Positions 23,101 to 38,100 of a stretch of DNA of 64,000 nt are shown here, in pieces (positions within the stretch are counted from its first letter, which is position 1; the number at the start of each line of letters is the position of its first letter). The stretch comes from Squalus acanthias (taxonomy: Eukaryota). The DNA is taken from positions 17,672,001 through 17,736,000 of the forward strand of contig CM059432.1 in the NCBI GenBank assembly GCA_030390025.1, given 5' to 3'. The notes below the pieces were generated by a model that did no database searches, was not told the origin of the DNA, and saw only the letters and a list, made by a program, of their open reading frames with translations. The position numbers and the translations under genes were made by a program.

Positions 23101-26100
23101 CTACCTGTGCCCTCAGCTCATTTGCCTTGTTCGCTATACTCCTTGCATTGAAGTATATACCATTTAGTACAGGCAAACCACCTTGTTGACTACTATCTAG
23201 CCCTTGATTCCTCTGTCCTTCCAATTTATTTTCTACGTTTTTGTTTCCCAATTCCAGTTTTTCTTCCCTTCCTATTGACTCTATACTTAGGTTCCCATCC
23301 CCCTGCCAAGCTAGTTTAAACCCTCCCCAACAGCACTAGCAAACCCTCCTGCGAGGATATTGGTCCCATTCCCGTTGAGGTGCAACCCGTCTGGCTTGTA
23401 GAGGTCCCACCTCCCCCAGAAACAGTTCCAATTCCTCAGGAATCTAAAACCCTCCGTCCTACACCATCTCTCCAGCCATGCATTCATCTGCTCTATCTTC
23501 CTATTTCTGAACTCACTAGCACGTGGCACTGGTAGTAATCTGGAGATTACTACCTCTGAGGTCCTGCTTTTTAACCCCTTTCCTAGCTCCCTAAACTCTG
23601 CCTGCAGGACCTCATCCCTCTTCCTACCTATGTCGTTGGTACCGATATGGACCACGACCTCTGGCTGTTCACCCTCCCCCCTCAGAATGCCCTGCAGCCA
23701 ATCAGTGACATCCATGACCCTGGAACCAGGGAGGCAACATACCATCCTGGAGTCACGTCAGGTCTTCCCAATATTTAATTGGAGAAAATTTCTGCTCATC
23801 CAGAACTGGATGTCGGACAAGCAGTCTGACAATTAAGAGACAGTGGAGGGGTTGAGAGAGGTGGTAGTGAGGCAGAGCTGGGAGTCGTCAGCGTACATGT
23901 GGAAACTGATGCTGTGTTTTTGGATGATGTCGCCAAGGGGCAGCATGTAGATGAGAAATAGGAGGGGGCAAAGAATAGATCCTTGGGGGACACCAGAGGT
24001 AACGATGCGGGAGCAGGAAGAGAAGCCATTGCAGGTGATTCTCTGGCTATGATTAGATAGATAAGAATGGAATCAGGCGAGTGCAGTCCCACCCAGCTGG
24101 ACGACATTGGAGAGGCATTGGAGAAGGATGGAGTGGTCAACCGTGCCAAAGGCTGCAGACAAGTCAAGAGGACGAGGAGGGATAGTTTACCTTTGTCACA
24201 GTCACAATACATTCTGGCAGATGTAGACTATCAGACTGGTACATTCTGGGAGATGTGGACTATCAGACTGGTACCTACGTTGATACTGGTGCATTCTAGG
24301 AGCTGTAGCTCACTAATGTGGCAGTGATATCAGTACATTCTGGAAATGTGTTACTTGGGTAGATTCTTCTCATTCAGGGACCTGGGGAAGCAGCGAAACC
24401 CAAGTCCAAGGCTTCTAACAGAGACAGGCCTCCAAACAAAAAACATTCATGAAGACGTTCAAACATATAAAAATCAACTACATAGAAAAGTTTGTTGATA
24501 TCACCGTGAATCGGTAAATTTTTTTTACGTAATAGATAAAATGTCATTTTATGATTGAGAGGACTAGCAGATCAAGATGACTAAGCAAGATCATCGGTGA
24601 ATGCTAATCATCAGCTGGAGTCTTGCTTTGTACTTTAGACCCCAGGAGACCTGCAGTCTAACTACTCTCTAAAATTAATTGAGGAGTGGAAATTTCCAAC
24701 CTGCTGGAACCGTGTCAGGCATCTGCAGCTGAATGGTGCTGCTTTAAACATGGTGCAGCCTAAATTTTAAAATAGTCCTCTTTGAAAAGGCGAGCGACTG
24801 GCTGGGTGTAAAGGTGATATATTATGGTTTGGGATTAACTTTTCTAGCTACCTAATCTGCGCAAAAAAACATTGAAAAAAAACTCCACACAAACGAAGGA
24901 AGGAAATATAGAAGAAACCTATTGCAAAGCTCCAGAAGTGTAGTGTTTCTTGCTCCTTCTCACGCACCTTGTCTGTGACGTTGATCTCGGCCCCCTGACC
25001 AAGCAGTGCTCGCGCCATCTCAATGTGACCATTGGCCGCCGCCAGGTGCAGGCAGGTGCGGCCTCGCTTGTCCTTGAGGTGCAGCTGGGAGGTGGATTTA
25101 CTCAGGAGGAGCCCAACGACTGCAGTGTGGCCGTTCTGCGCGGCGAGGTGGAGTGGGGTGGCACCCTGGAACAAGATTCAACCGGTCACCGCCTTATTCA
25201 GACGGTCTCCTGCTCAGACACGAGGCCGCTCCGAGACCGTGCTCACGCAAGAAAAACAGAACGTTACAAAAACATGTGAAGTGGCCAACGTTCTGGTGAA
25301 AACATATTTGCCCGATGCCCTCTTGTTCCCGAACACATGCACAACCCATTAAAACAGATCATCATGTCACTTGCACGCGAGGGCACTGTGAAGAAAAGAA
25401 CGCCTGGTTCTTCTGGCTTTTCTCCTGATCTAAACCAGTTTGCCAAACCATTTTTCAGTGAAGACCTTGCCCCATTTTAAACAATACACAGAAAACGGGC
25501 TGAGTTCTAGCTTAACTGTCAATACCAACGATTGCATATTCTCACTGTAAAGAGAGTGCAGAATATAAGGGGATGTCATTTTGTTAATAATGAGACTGCA
25601 TAGCACGACAGGCACTGCTTACTCATAGGGCCACTTTGTGCTTCCATTTTATCTTTTTAAATATCATCGCAGAGCCTGCGGAGCCAGGGTCCATCCATTG
25701 AGTTTAATGGAACAGACATGCTGAACAGTAAATTGTAAGGTTAGGTGTTCCCGGCATGGAGCTTCATGTGACAGGAGCATATATCAACAACAACAACTTG
25801 TATTTATATAGCGCCTTTAACGTAGTAAAACATCCCAAGGCGCCGCACAGGAGTATTTCAAGACAAAAAATTTGAGACCGATCCACATAAGGATAAATTA
25901 GGGCAGGTGACCAAAAGCTTGGTCACAGAGGTAGGTTTTAAGGAGCGTCTTAAAGGAGGAAAGAGAGGTAGTGAGGCGGAGAGGTTTAGGCAGGGAATTC
26001 CAGAGTTTAGGGCCTAGGCAACAGAAGGCACGGCCACCAATGGTTGAGCGATTATAATCAGGGATTCTCAAGAGGATAGAATTAGAATGATATCAAGAAT

Positions 26101-29100
26101 ACTAGGTGTGCAGGTCATCCCACCCGGCACGATTTTCCATTGCTTAAAATTAATGGATGGAATTCTTAATACAGGCGTGCGTTGTGTTGTAAAAATCTGC
26201 CCTATAACAGGGCAAGAGGAATTCCTGGTAGCAAGTCTGCTCTGAACACTGATTTGTGTAATGACAACGAAGAGCTGTATTTTTTTCTGGGCTGTAACTC
26301 TCCCGTATATTTTGAGATATCACAGACCTTTAGCATATTTGGAGCATTTTCAAGTGCTGATCACTATTGTAATTTAAAAAAAAAAATATATATATAGCAA
26401 GCTGGTCCTTTCCTACTTGGCTTCTGAAAATTGTTTATGTGCGTGCGTTGATGTGTATTTAAGCATGTCTGTGTGTGCATGTGTATGAGTATGTGCGTGT
26501 GAATTAATGTCTAGTCATACTTGGCTGTACCCTATGACGTTAAGCTAACTGAAGGGAAGCAAAAATACAGAAAGGCAGTGGAAGCTGCTCAGAGACAGAA
26601 AGATTTTACTTTCCACCAAGAACTACTTGGAATTTCTGAGGTATAAGTTAATTCTTTCCCCCCCCACCCCACATTATCAAGGTTGATATTTCTGACTTTT
26701 AAACTGCGTCATCGACAGTGAGGCTTCCTTATGTTTTTTTTAATTCGTTTATGGGATGTGGGCATCGCTGGCAAGGCCAGCATTTATTGCCCATCCCTAA
26801 TTGCCCTTGAGAAGGTGGTGGTGAGCCGCCTTCTTGAACCGCTGCAGTCCGTGTGGTGAAGGTACTCCCACAGTGCTGTTGCTTTAAGTTGCGTGGCCGC
26901 ACGGCTGTCTGGAGCTCCCACGCAGGCTGCTTGCCGGCTTTACAATAGGGAAAACCGCGCATGCGGTGGGAATTTGAATGGGCCGCGCAACCTGTTAAAG
27001 GGGCCGCGCACCCAAAAAAAAATTAAAGGGAACATTGTCCCACAGTGCTGTTAGGCAGGGAGTTCCAGGAACGGCAATATATTTATAAGTCAGGATGGTG
27101 TGCGACTTGGAGGGGAACTTGGAGGTGGTGGTGTTCCCATGCGCCTGCTGCCCTTGTCCTTCTAGGTGGTAGAGGTCGCGGGTTACATTCCATACCAGGG
27201 ATGAGGGACTTCATGGTGTTATGTGAAGAGGCTAGAGAAACTGGGGTTATTCTCCTTAGAGCAGAGAAGGTTAAGGGCAGATTTAATAGAGGTGTTTAAA
27301 ATCATGCGGGAGTTTTGATAGAGTACATGGGGAGAAACTGTTTCCACTGGCAGGAGGGTCGGTAACCAGAGGACACACATCTAAGATAATTGGCAAAAGA
27401 ACCAGAGGGAAGATGAGGAGAAATGTTTTTACACAGCGAGTTGTTATGATCTGGAATGCACTGCCTGAAAGGGTGGTGGAAGCAGATTCAACAGTAACTT
27501 TCAAAAGGGAGTTGGATATATATTGGAAAAGGAAACATTTGCAGGCTATGGGAAAAGAGCAGGAGGGTAGCACTAATTGGAACGTCTGTCTACATTAAAG
27601 GCAATATATAAATGCAAATTGTTGTTTTGCTATTCACTCTACCAAAATACTTAATAATTTTAAAAAGCTCTATTAAATTTCCTCAGCCTTCTGTGCTCCA
27701 GTATAAATAGTCCCATTATATCACGTCTCTCTTCATAACCATCCTTTCCCATCCCTGGCATCATCCTGGTGAAACTACGCTGTACCCAGTTATGCTGGGG
27801 GGTCTCTGCCATTTTCCTTTACTGACTGGTAAAGGGTGGAACCTCAGTCCGCCCCTTACAAAGCAAATGATGGGCATGGAGCAGGGACTCTCTAAGCCGC
27901 TCATGCTCCACAATCAGGACGCAGCCTTTGAATGAGTGGCGGTGTACTGGCCACCACAAGGGCGCATGTGGACCCCACCAATTGTGTCCAGAGCACACAA
28001 GCCCCTGTAGACCCCTCAACTCCTTTGCAGGAAAACTCCTGGAGATCATCTCCGTTGCTCAGCAGGGCAAAGAGGTAATGGCTGGGGTCTGGTAGCTTGG
28101 GAATCCTGCCTCCGACAGGTGGGCGGTCACCGGAGTTTCCAGCAGATCTGGACAGATGGGCGCCAAAGATTTTCCTGCTTGACCCATTCAAATGAGGCAC
28201 TCTTACGCTGACCCCACAATTTCCAGAGATCACGGCCCCAAAGATTTGGAGGCTAGCCTCCGAGTTATTTTTAAAGCCAGTCAGAGACTGATTTAAAGCC
28301 ATGTGGCTCTGAGTCATCAGATTAGGCACAGCCAATCACTTACATTTAAATAATTAAAACACAAAACGTAGCATTTAAATAACAATGTTAAAATTAAATT
28401 AAAATAGTGGGTGTAGAAAAAGATGATGGCGAAAGGAGCAAGGACAAGCATAGCGCAAATAACGATTTACTTAAAATATCTTAATAGCAATATTAGGACT
28501 TGTTTCACCGCCATTGTGCATAGGCTCAGGGCACCCAAAATCCCACAGGTTTGAGGGCAATCTAAGGATTAAGACATTTAGGGTGAAATTCCTCCTGTCG
28601 GGGAAATAAAGTTTTGGAAAGAAACACTCGCATTTACATAGCGCCTTTCACAACCTCAGGACATCCCAAAGCGCTTTACAGCCAATGAAGTACTTTTGAA
28701 GTGTAGTCACTGTGGTAATGTAGGAAACGACATTACTTTACTGGATTTTGCTGGACCAAAGTATTGTTAGGTGGAAAATGTTTTACTTGTGCAGCTTTTA
28801 TGTTAAAATTATCCACAGGAGAAAACCATCCCCAGGGGTTTAGCCTTAATCAATATTTCGATTTAATATTTCACATGAGTGCTTGAGAACAGGCAAAAGG
28901 TACATTTTTTAAATAAATGAATGGGGAAGCCAGCTAAGTACACGTGGGAGAAAGGAATAGAAGGATATGTTGCTAGGGTGAGATGAAGTAAATAGAGTGG
29001 GAGGAGGCTCGTGCGGAGCATTAGACTTGGTGGGCCGAATGGTCTGTTTCTGTACTGTAAAATTCTACGTAGTTCAATGCAAACTCCTATTTGATTCTCA

Positions 29101-32100
29101 GTAACAGTGGCTCAGTAACTTAGTGCAGGACTTTCATTACATACTCTCAATGCCAATCCTCCACTTCTGGAAACTTTCAACCTGACAACCAGATGATTCC
29201 CAGTCGTTTTGCTGCTTTATCAAATTAGTGAAGGAGCACCAAGGTTTGCAAATTAACGGAAGAGCTTAAATATATTTTTTTAATTGTTCCTTCGGCCATT
29301 TCATTGTAAGGGGGGGAAATGAGTCATAGTATCAAGTGCCTGCTTTTTCTGCCGCGTTCCCACAATCATTGGCTGACATCATTTGTTTTGTACAGTTGTT
29401 AAATGGCTGTTGCTTCCTGTACATAACACTCTCATAGCTATCCAGAAGAATGGAGGGGGTCACTCTCCGATACTGAACTCCTTTATCTACTTTGACCAGC
29501 CAAGTATAAACTTTCAGGCAACCTCAGTCAATCGATCACACTGCTGCCGACTCAACAGGGATGAATAAATAAGTGCAGTTTTAAAAGGTTCTCCATAACT
29601 GCGCAGACTGCAATAATTAATGGAAACACACTTGGCGGGGATGTTGCTGGAATTTGAAGTTTATACGCGAGTATGATCTTCAAGCTGCAGGTGCTGAGAC
29701 CTCACTACGGGGCCGCTGGAGCTCGGGCCAGTGGGATCCTGGCTGCAGATGACAGCACCTCGGCTTCTGCCAGGGCAGTCTGGCCCAGCTGGCTTCTGTC
29801 ACCAGGGCTGGGAATTGGTTCAAGGGGTCGTGAGGGTCTGTCGTCATGAGAGGTGGCGACATGTTCGCTTCCCATTGCATGACTGCCCCTCCCGCCAGGC
29901 TCTGGCTCGGCTCTCGCACTGATCTGTGGCGAGCCGGCAGTAGGAGATCTGTGATCTTATGCAAACCCCCATCCTATTTGGTCCACCGGCCCGTCCGAGG
30001 CGGAGGAGATGGTCGAGCCCAGAGCTCGCATGGCCCCCAGTATGAGCATCACTGAGAGCTGCTATTACCGATGCCTCAGACCCCCTGCAGGGAGGGCCCA
30101 GCCGCAGTGTCCATTGAGGTGACTACACGCTCCATGGGTGACTGCAGAGCGTCGATGCAACGCGTCAGAAGCCCACACAAATTGGTAGTGGCCTCCTCTA
30201 CACTCTTCACCATGCTCCGGAGGCTCCCTGGAAGGCAGTCCAATGCATTGGTCATTTGCTGGTGCTCAGAAATCATCTTCATTTTAAATGCTGGGCTCCT
30301 AAAGTCTGCATCTCTGTCCTCTTCAGCAGAGCTAGGATATGAGCTGGCCCTCCGGGGAGCGGTGTCCTGGGCCCTTCTTTCCTCCTCAGCCTGCTCGCTT
30401 GCACTCAGAGACTCGCCCAGTGCAGGCCCTTCGAACTCACTCTCCAGACCACGAGGGGTGCTCATTCTTCTGGTAATGCTTGGAAGGGTAAGAATTCTCT
30501 TGAATTCAGAAGAATGAGAGGGGATCTCATTGAAGCATACAAAATTATTACAGGGCTTGATAGGGTGGATGCTGGAAGAATGTTTCCCTTGGCTGGGGAG
30601 TCTAGAACCAGGGGCCACAGCCTCAGGATAAAGGGTAGGCCATTCAGGACTGAGATGAGAAGAAATTTCTTCACACAGAGGGTGGTGAATCTTTGGAATT
30701 CTCCTACCCCAGAGGGCTGTGGAGGCTCAGTCATTGGGTATATTCAAAACAGAAGTCGATAGATTTCTGACTAGTAAGGGCATCAAGGGATATGGCGATA
30801 GGGCCGGTGAATGGAGTTGAGGCAGAAGATCAGCCATGATCTCATTGAATGGCAGAGCAGGCTCGAAGGGCCGAATGGCCTACACCTGCTCCTATTTCTT
30901 ATGTTGTTATGTTCTTATGAGTGCTAGTGCATACTTTGGAGGGATCTCCCTTTGCAGTCTGTGTGACCACGATGACTGAATTGTCTGATGGACCTTGAAA
31001 TATGGAAGAGTGATAAGGGTTAGCATGTAGTGGCAAGGGTAACCACCAGCAGATGAGTGGCAATGTATCTGCCACCTTTCTCCATGCATGCGCGTTGATA
31101 AATTTGTCTGGGCACCTGATGCCCATCAGACAGGTACAGGACCTCCTTCCTGCTGTTCACGTGGTCAATCAACATCTACACCGTGGAATTAGAGAACCTC
31201 CGGCCCCCAGCCATGTCCATCTTGCCTGCTGCTGCACAAGCTTGCTGCCCACTACCCACCAGTGTAAAAAGCATCTGCCCTTTAAGGTGTTACAGGATGC
31301 CTTTAAGTAGCGGCCGCTCTGCTGGATTTTCGGCCCTCCCAACCTGTTTGAGGGCAGCATACTTTGCACTGGCAGCTCATCGATTTAGTTTAAATTAGGC
31401 CTGGCTACAATAATGGCACGGGCCCCAGGGGGATTCCTTCAGCCGGGCACAGCACACACCCTACCCACCGCTCACTGGATTTACACTCAAGCTGACAATC
31501 GCCCCTTGGATCTCTGCCATCCTGCTGTGGTGCAGGGGCAAAGTAGAGGAAGATCTACATAGGATTACATCGGATATACGGCACAGAATCAGGCCATTCG
31601 GCCCAACCAGTCCATGCCGGCGTCTATGCTCCACTTGAGCCTCCTTCCGTCTTTCCTCATCTAACTCTATCAGTATAACTATTCCCTTTTCCCTCATATG
31701 CTTGTCTAGCCTCCCCTTAAATGCATCTATCCTATTCGCTTCAACCACTCCCTGTGATAGCGAGTTCCACATTCTCACCACTCTCTGGGTAAAGAAGTTC
31801 CTTCTGAATTTCCTATTTGATTTCTTGGTGACTATCTTATATTGATGGCCTCTAGTTTTGCTCTTCTCCACAGCAGCTATCAGTAAGTAACCAATTCCAC
31901 CCCCTCAGTCCGAATGCTGGCAGTATTCTGTAGTTACACATGGGTCCGGGGGGGGGCGCACAGATATTTCTTTTTAACACTTGGGTGGGACAGAAGTGCT
32001 TATCGTCAATTCACGGACGACTGACTCGCCATTTTCTGTCCATTGGTTTTAAGATCTGGGTCGTGTGGAAAGTCTGATTTGGAAGTGTATTAACCATAGA

Positions 32101-35100
32101 ATCATAGAAAGTTACAGCACAGAAGGAGGCCATTTTGGCCCATCGTGTCCGCGCCGGCCAACAAAGAGCTATTCAGCCTAATCCCACTTCCCAGCTCTTG
32201 GTCCGTAGCCCTGCAGGTTAGAGCATCCCAAGTGCACATCCAAGTACTTTTTAAATGTGGTTAGGGTTCCTGCCTCTACCACCCTTTCAGGCAGTGAGTT
32301 CCAGACCCCCACAACCCTCTGGGTGAAGAAATTTCCCCTCAAATCCCCTCTAAACCTTCACCAATTACTCTAAATCTGTGCCCCCTGGTTTTTGACCCCT
32401 CTGCTAAGGGAAATAGGTCCTTTCTATCCACTTTATCTATGCCGCTCATAATTTTATACACCTCAATAAGGTCTCCCCTCAGCCTCCTCTGTTCCAAGGA
32501 AAACAGACCCAGCCTATCCAGTCTTTCCTCATAGCTAAGATTCTCTACTCCTGGCAACATCCTTGTAAATCTCCTCTGTACCCTCTCTAGTACAATCACA
32601 TCTTTTCTGTAATGTGGTGACCAGAACTGCACACAGTACTCTAGCTGAGGCCTAACTAGTGTTTTATACAGTTGAAGCATAACCCCCCTGCTCTTGATGT
32701 GTTGTGAGCCTCTGCCAGGTGGTTAAGGACAGCGCTCGAGTGGTCTCAAGTAGGTAGCCAACCCCTCTCGATCACAGGTGTGCCTGGCCCATGGGAGGAC
32801 TGCTGAGGGGTGAAGATGGTTAAAGAGAGAAAATAAGAAGCCACTCACTATAAAATTCAATTGCATCACTTCCTTGTAATTCATTGGTCGTAGAGCGCTT
32901 TGGGATGTCCTCAAACACCATAGAAATGCAAGTTTTTTTCTTTGTTTCCGTTCCATAACACCTTGGCTCAAGTAATTGCACATCTAGTTCCACTGAAAAA
33001 CCTTCCTTTGTAAATCAACGTGCTCCCATTCACCAAAGGAATTAGAAGAAAGAAAAGAAAGACTTGCATTTATATAGCGCTTTTCACGACCACCGGACGT
33101 CTCAAAGCGCTTTACAGCCAATGAAGTACTTTTGAAGTGTAGTCACTGTTGTAATGTGGGAAACGCAGCAGCCAATTTGCACACAGCAAGCTCCCACAAA
33201 CAGCAATGTGATAATGACCAGATAATCTTGTTTTTGTTATGTTGGTTGAGGGGATAAATATTGGCCTAGGACACCGGGGATAACTCCCCTGCTCTTCTTC
33301 GAAATAGTGCAGTGGGATCTTTTGCGTCCACCTGAGAGAGCAGACTGGGCCTTGACTTAACGTCTCATCTGAAAGACGGCACCTCCGACAGTGCATTTAA
33401 AAAAAAAATAACGGCTGACAATTTCTGGTGCGAGTATTGGGAGAGAAAACTAACATAGGCAGAAAGTGTCTTTCTTAACAAACATGAGAACACAAACTTA
33501 TTGTATGTTGTCACTGCCGGCGTGCGATAGAATCACAAGTCTCCTTTTGCAATGTGTTAGAGCTCCCCCTGATGGCCCAGTTGGTGAGTGCTCATACAGA
33601 CCAGGCTGCTGTCGGGTTTGATCACCTGGCTCTGCTGAATTCACTGATCTCAGCCAGAATGTGCGTTAGACACTCACTGCGGGTAATTTGGACTGTAGAC
33701 ATTGGGCCAAAAATTCATCCCGCGACGCGAGAGTACGCACTGCGTACTCTCGCGTATTCCCACTCCAATTGCCGGTTTTCTGCATGCCCGGCAATTGGTC
33801 TTTTGAAAAGGGGGCGGTTCCTCGGTGCATCGCGTGCGCGCTACAGGCTGCGCGCACGCTGTGCACTTCATGCTTTGGACGCGCAGGTAAGTACGGAAGA
33901 TTTTAGAAATGGAAAAAGGAGGAGTAAGACCCACTTTTAACAAGGTAAGTAGTGAATTAAGTATTTTTTTGAATTTTTTTTAACAGGTATATCTTTTTTA
34001 GAGACTTTAAAGACAGGTAAGTTTATTTTTATAACTTTTAAAAAGATTTTAAATTTTTTCAAAAATTTAATTTTTTATTTAAAATGGTTAATTTATTTAA
34101 CTATACTTATTTTATTAATGTGATGGTTTTTTTTATTTAATTGAGGTTTAGCTGTTATTTTGGGGGGGTGTAAGATTCATAGATTTCACAGCACGTCGGT
34201 GAAACTTATGAATGGAAGATGGTGTGCTGCCATTGGCTCTAACTGAGTCACGTGATCCCACAGCTCGCACGAATTCACTACGCCGGTGGGATACGCAAGC
34301 ACTGCCCAGCTGATGTCTGGAACATCAAGTTCGTGCGAGCTGGATCTGAAAAAGCACAAGCGGAGTGAGAGATCGCGGGGAAGCCTTAACCCCGCGGGAA
34401 CAGAGCGAGATCAATTTCTGGGCCAATAAGAGTAAAACTGGCGATATCGGCTCGGCCACCCATTAAACACCTCTGCCGATTTCCGTTTCCATTGAAGTAA
34501 TCAAAATGAAAATCGGGAGAGGTGTTTAGCAGCTGGCCGAACAGATATCGCACGTTTTACACTTCATCCAAAGTCAAAAATTACCCCTGTTGTAAGTAAC
34601 CTCAATGCTCAAGGCATGGGGAGAGGAACTTGCTCAGGATTCCTACTCCTGATCACTGTCCAGTGACTCCTGCTAGTAGATGTGTCTGAGCATGTGTGAA
34701 ATGTTGGGACAAAACAGGACTAAGAGGATAAGCCTGCAGACACTCGGGGTTAAATTGTCCTCTTCACCGTGCGGTCGTTAAACGGATCATCCAGCCATTG
34801 CAGAACCCGCCCGATTTTCATTCCATTCATTGCAACGGAATCAAACGGGCTCGCTCAATAACAGGCGGGCGATCGACTCTGCCAGCTTACCACCCATGCG
34901 TTGAAGGCCAAATTTACCCCTCACTGTCGAGGGCAGCCACTTCGAGCGGGCATCAGAGGGAGGCTACGTCAAGTGGAACCTTGCGCCATCAGGAGCCACC
35001 GCATTCAGGAAAGGGAAGAAAAAGGTTGAGTAGGAATAAAATAAAGAATGGGTTTGTGGCTTTGTTACAAAGAGTAGGCCAGAGGAAACCTTCTGCACGA

Positions 35101-38100
35101 CATGTTAAGGTGTAACTTATACAATCTCCATGAGCGTAAAGAGCTCATGTTCAATCATTTCACCACAGTGATAACAGGAGGGCCCTGTGAAGCACTAAAG
35201 TGACACAAATACAGGTTAATTCAGCAAAGCTGGCCACTCACCTGCAGGCTGGTTTGAGTGTCCACCTGGACCCCTGGGTAGTTAAGCAGAAGCCGAACCA
35301 AGTTCTCATGTCCAGACTGCGCTGCCAGGTGTAATGGTGTGTACCCTGACTGAAGCAGCAACAATAAAGGTATTAATCCCAGATCAACCAGATATTCCCT
35401 TATTTCCCACAACATTGACTACTAAACAATTACTCCTCCGTTTTTGCAGTCCTCACTTGAGGGAAGATGATAAAAGTTATCTTCATGATAGGGGCACTAT
35501 CTTCCTAAAAAGGTGACCTTACTTTTCAGGATTCTCTGAATAATTTTTTTTTAAAATAAATTCTTTTGATTCACAGCCAGTTATCTCGCAGAGTTAAATG
35601 GCGATTACGTGGTTTCTCCAGGGTCTCCACGGGTCTGCCACTGAAGGTACAGTGGCCGATCGGGATAACCCCCTGCGGAAATTCACCTCTGTTGTATACA
35701 GGACTTGGCGGGGTTCACGTGTCAAGGAGTAGAGACAACTTTAACCTGCAGCACCGGGTTGTGAAGTGAATGGCTAAAGTCCTACTTCCCTTCGGGCTGA
35801 TCCCTTCTGTGCTTAAAACAAACTTACAACCCATCACAGTTGCCCCACTATGGAAACAAAAAAAATCTATTTTCTGTATACACAGCTCTAATGAAGTAAA
35901 AAATAGCCAAAATTTGAAATTAAAATAGAGGTTAGTTTTTACAGAGGTTAATTTACCTCCCTCGGATTTCTCTTTCTCCTCCAATCTACATGTTTTTTAA
36001 AATCCCAAACTTGGTATCATCAAACCATTACTTCTTGATTTATCCTCTTTCTCTCCTACCCCCACTTTTCAATTTTGGCAATGTCATGCAGAGCCTTGAC
36101 CCCTTCACCTGGGTTTCCCAACTTAAAAAAAATATAATAGACAAACATTCACAATAAGAAAAATGAGTTGAACAGTTAACAATTGTTTCTGATGGGCATG
36201 AAGCCTAATCTCACAATGTTTTCCTCATACAGCTAATAGATGCAATATTGCACAAACTGATCCTGAGTTAGTTACCTTGCATCATCTAGAGAAATGAAAT
36301 TACTCATTGCTCAAGACAATGTGCCAGATTTTGCTGCAAAAATAACACACGTGAACGACGCACGCCGTTATTAATGTGCAAATTGGCCAGCAACTTGTGG
36401 CGAGGAAGAGCTACCCCATGAATTGCGAAACGCCACAAGTTGCTGGCCGATTTGTGCCGCTTCCCCATTAGCTTCGCGAAAACGGCATCTTGCGCTTAAT
36501 CTCCCCGTGAGTTTCATGCAGTTGCTGCATTTGCACATTAATTGCTAATTAAACTCGCCACAGAGTTAAGTCTAGTAATTAATTGCGTAAGTACCCTTTT
36601 AACAACATGATAATTGTTAATGACTGCCAACCAACCTCTCTGGCCCAGAAACTAAACTAAGTGTGGAGTTTCATTCCTTCAAATTGTAAATTATTTTAGG
36701 AGATTTTTAAAAAATGACAAATTTTTAATCTTTTAATTTTTTTTCTTACTTTTCCTTTGTCTCTTTATTCTCTCTTAATTCAATCTTTCTTTCCCTCTCT
36801 TTATTTCTCTTTCTGTTCCTAATTTGACATTGAATTCACCTACTCTAATTCACCCTCCTTCTCAGTCCTTCCTCTGCTTATTCTTCAAGCCTTAACTCTC
36901 ATTGGTTAAGGAGTTAGACTGTTTGCCCCGTTGTTCACCAAGGTTCCAGATGCCCTGCTTCCCTCGCTGCGCCGTTATCAGCTCGCACTTCCAGCAACAA
37001 AAAATGTAAAACCTAAATGTGCACGAACAAGTCTAACTAACACAGGCACACTGAGATGCCCTGCTCCAGCAAAATCTGGCCCAATAATTAAAGGGTTTAT
37101 GTGAGTATAATTCATTCCTTTTTTGGAAAAACATGCATCAGAAAATGACTTTTCTCATCTTGTGAGGAGTATTTCACAGATGTCACACAATGCTGAGCTC
37201 CTCTACATTGCACTAGTATTGCTGTATCCTTGGAAATCTCTCCACCGCACATCATTGTGTTTAACCTTTAACCACCGAGTAAGACTGAAGGATTTATAGC
37301 CAACTTTGGAACCATGTGTACTCATCACCAGTAGCAACAGGGATTTACTGCATCAAAGACTGTATTGGCTCATTTCATGTGGGCCTCTTAACATCTGTCA
37401 GAGAGTGACCTCCGTATCCTTCAACTGAGCTGGATTCAACTGAGGCGATGTTTTCACACTTCGATGATTTGTTTTAGCGGACAGACTCATTTGTAATGAG
37501 AGCTTTGATCCTAAGCCCAAGGCATAGGAACATAGGAACAACAGGAGTAGGCCATTCAGCCCCTCGAGCCTGTTCCGCCATTCAATCGGATAATGGCTGC
37601 TTTGTGTCTTAATTCCTTCCACCTGCCTTGGCTCCATATCCTTTTATACCCTTGGCTAGCAAAAATCTATCGATCTCAGGTTTAAAATGATTAATTGAGC
37701 CAGCACCTACCGCTTTCTGTGGGAGAGAGTTCCACACTTCTACCACCCTGTGTGTGAAGAAGTGTTTCCTAGCTTCTCTCCTGAATGGCCTGGCTTGGAT
37801 TTTAAGGTTATGTTCCATTGTCCTAGACTCCCCCATCAGCAGAAAAAGTTTCTCTCTATCTACCCTTTCAATTCCTTTCAAGATCCTAAAAACCTCAATC
37901 AAATCACCCCTTAACCTACTATATTCCAGGGAATACAAGCTTAGTTTATGTAATCTCTCCTCATAATTTAACCCTTGGAGCCCTGGTAACATTCTGGTAA
38001 CAAGGCAGATGCTTTCATTTATTGTATCAGTGCTCGATTCTAGAGGTACTTTAATCCTTGATTGCAAACCTTGCATAATGTGGATTCGCTATTGAAAATA

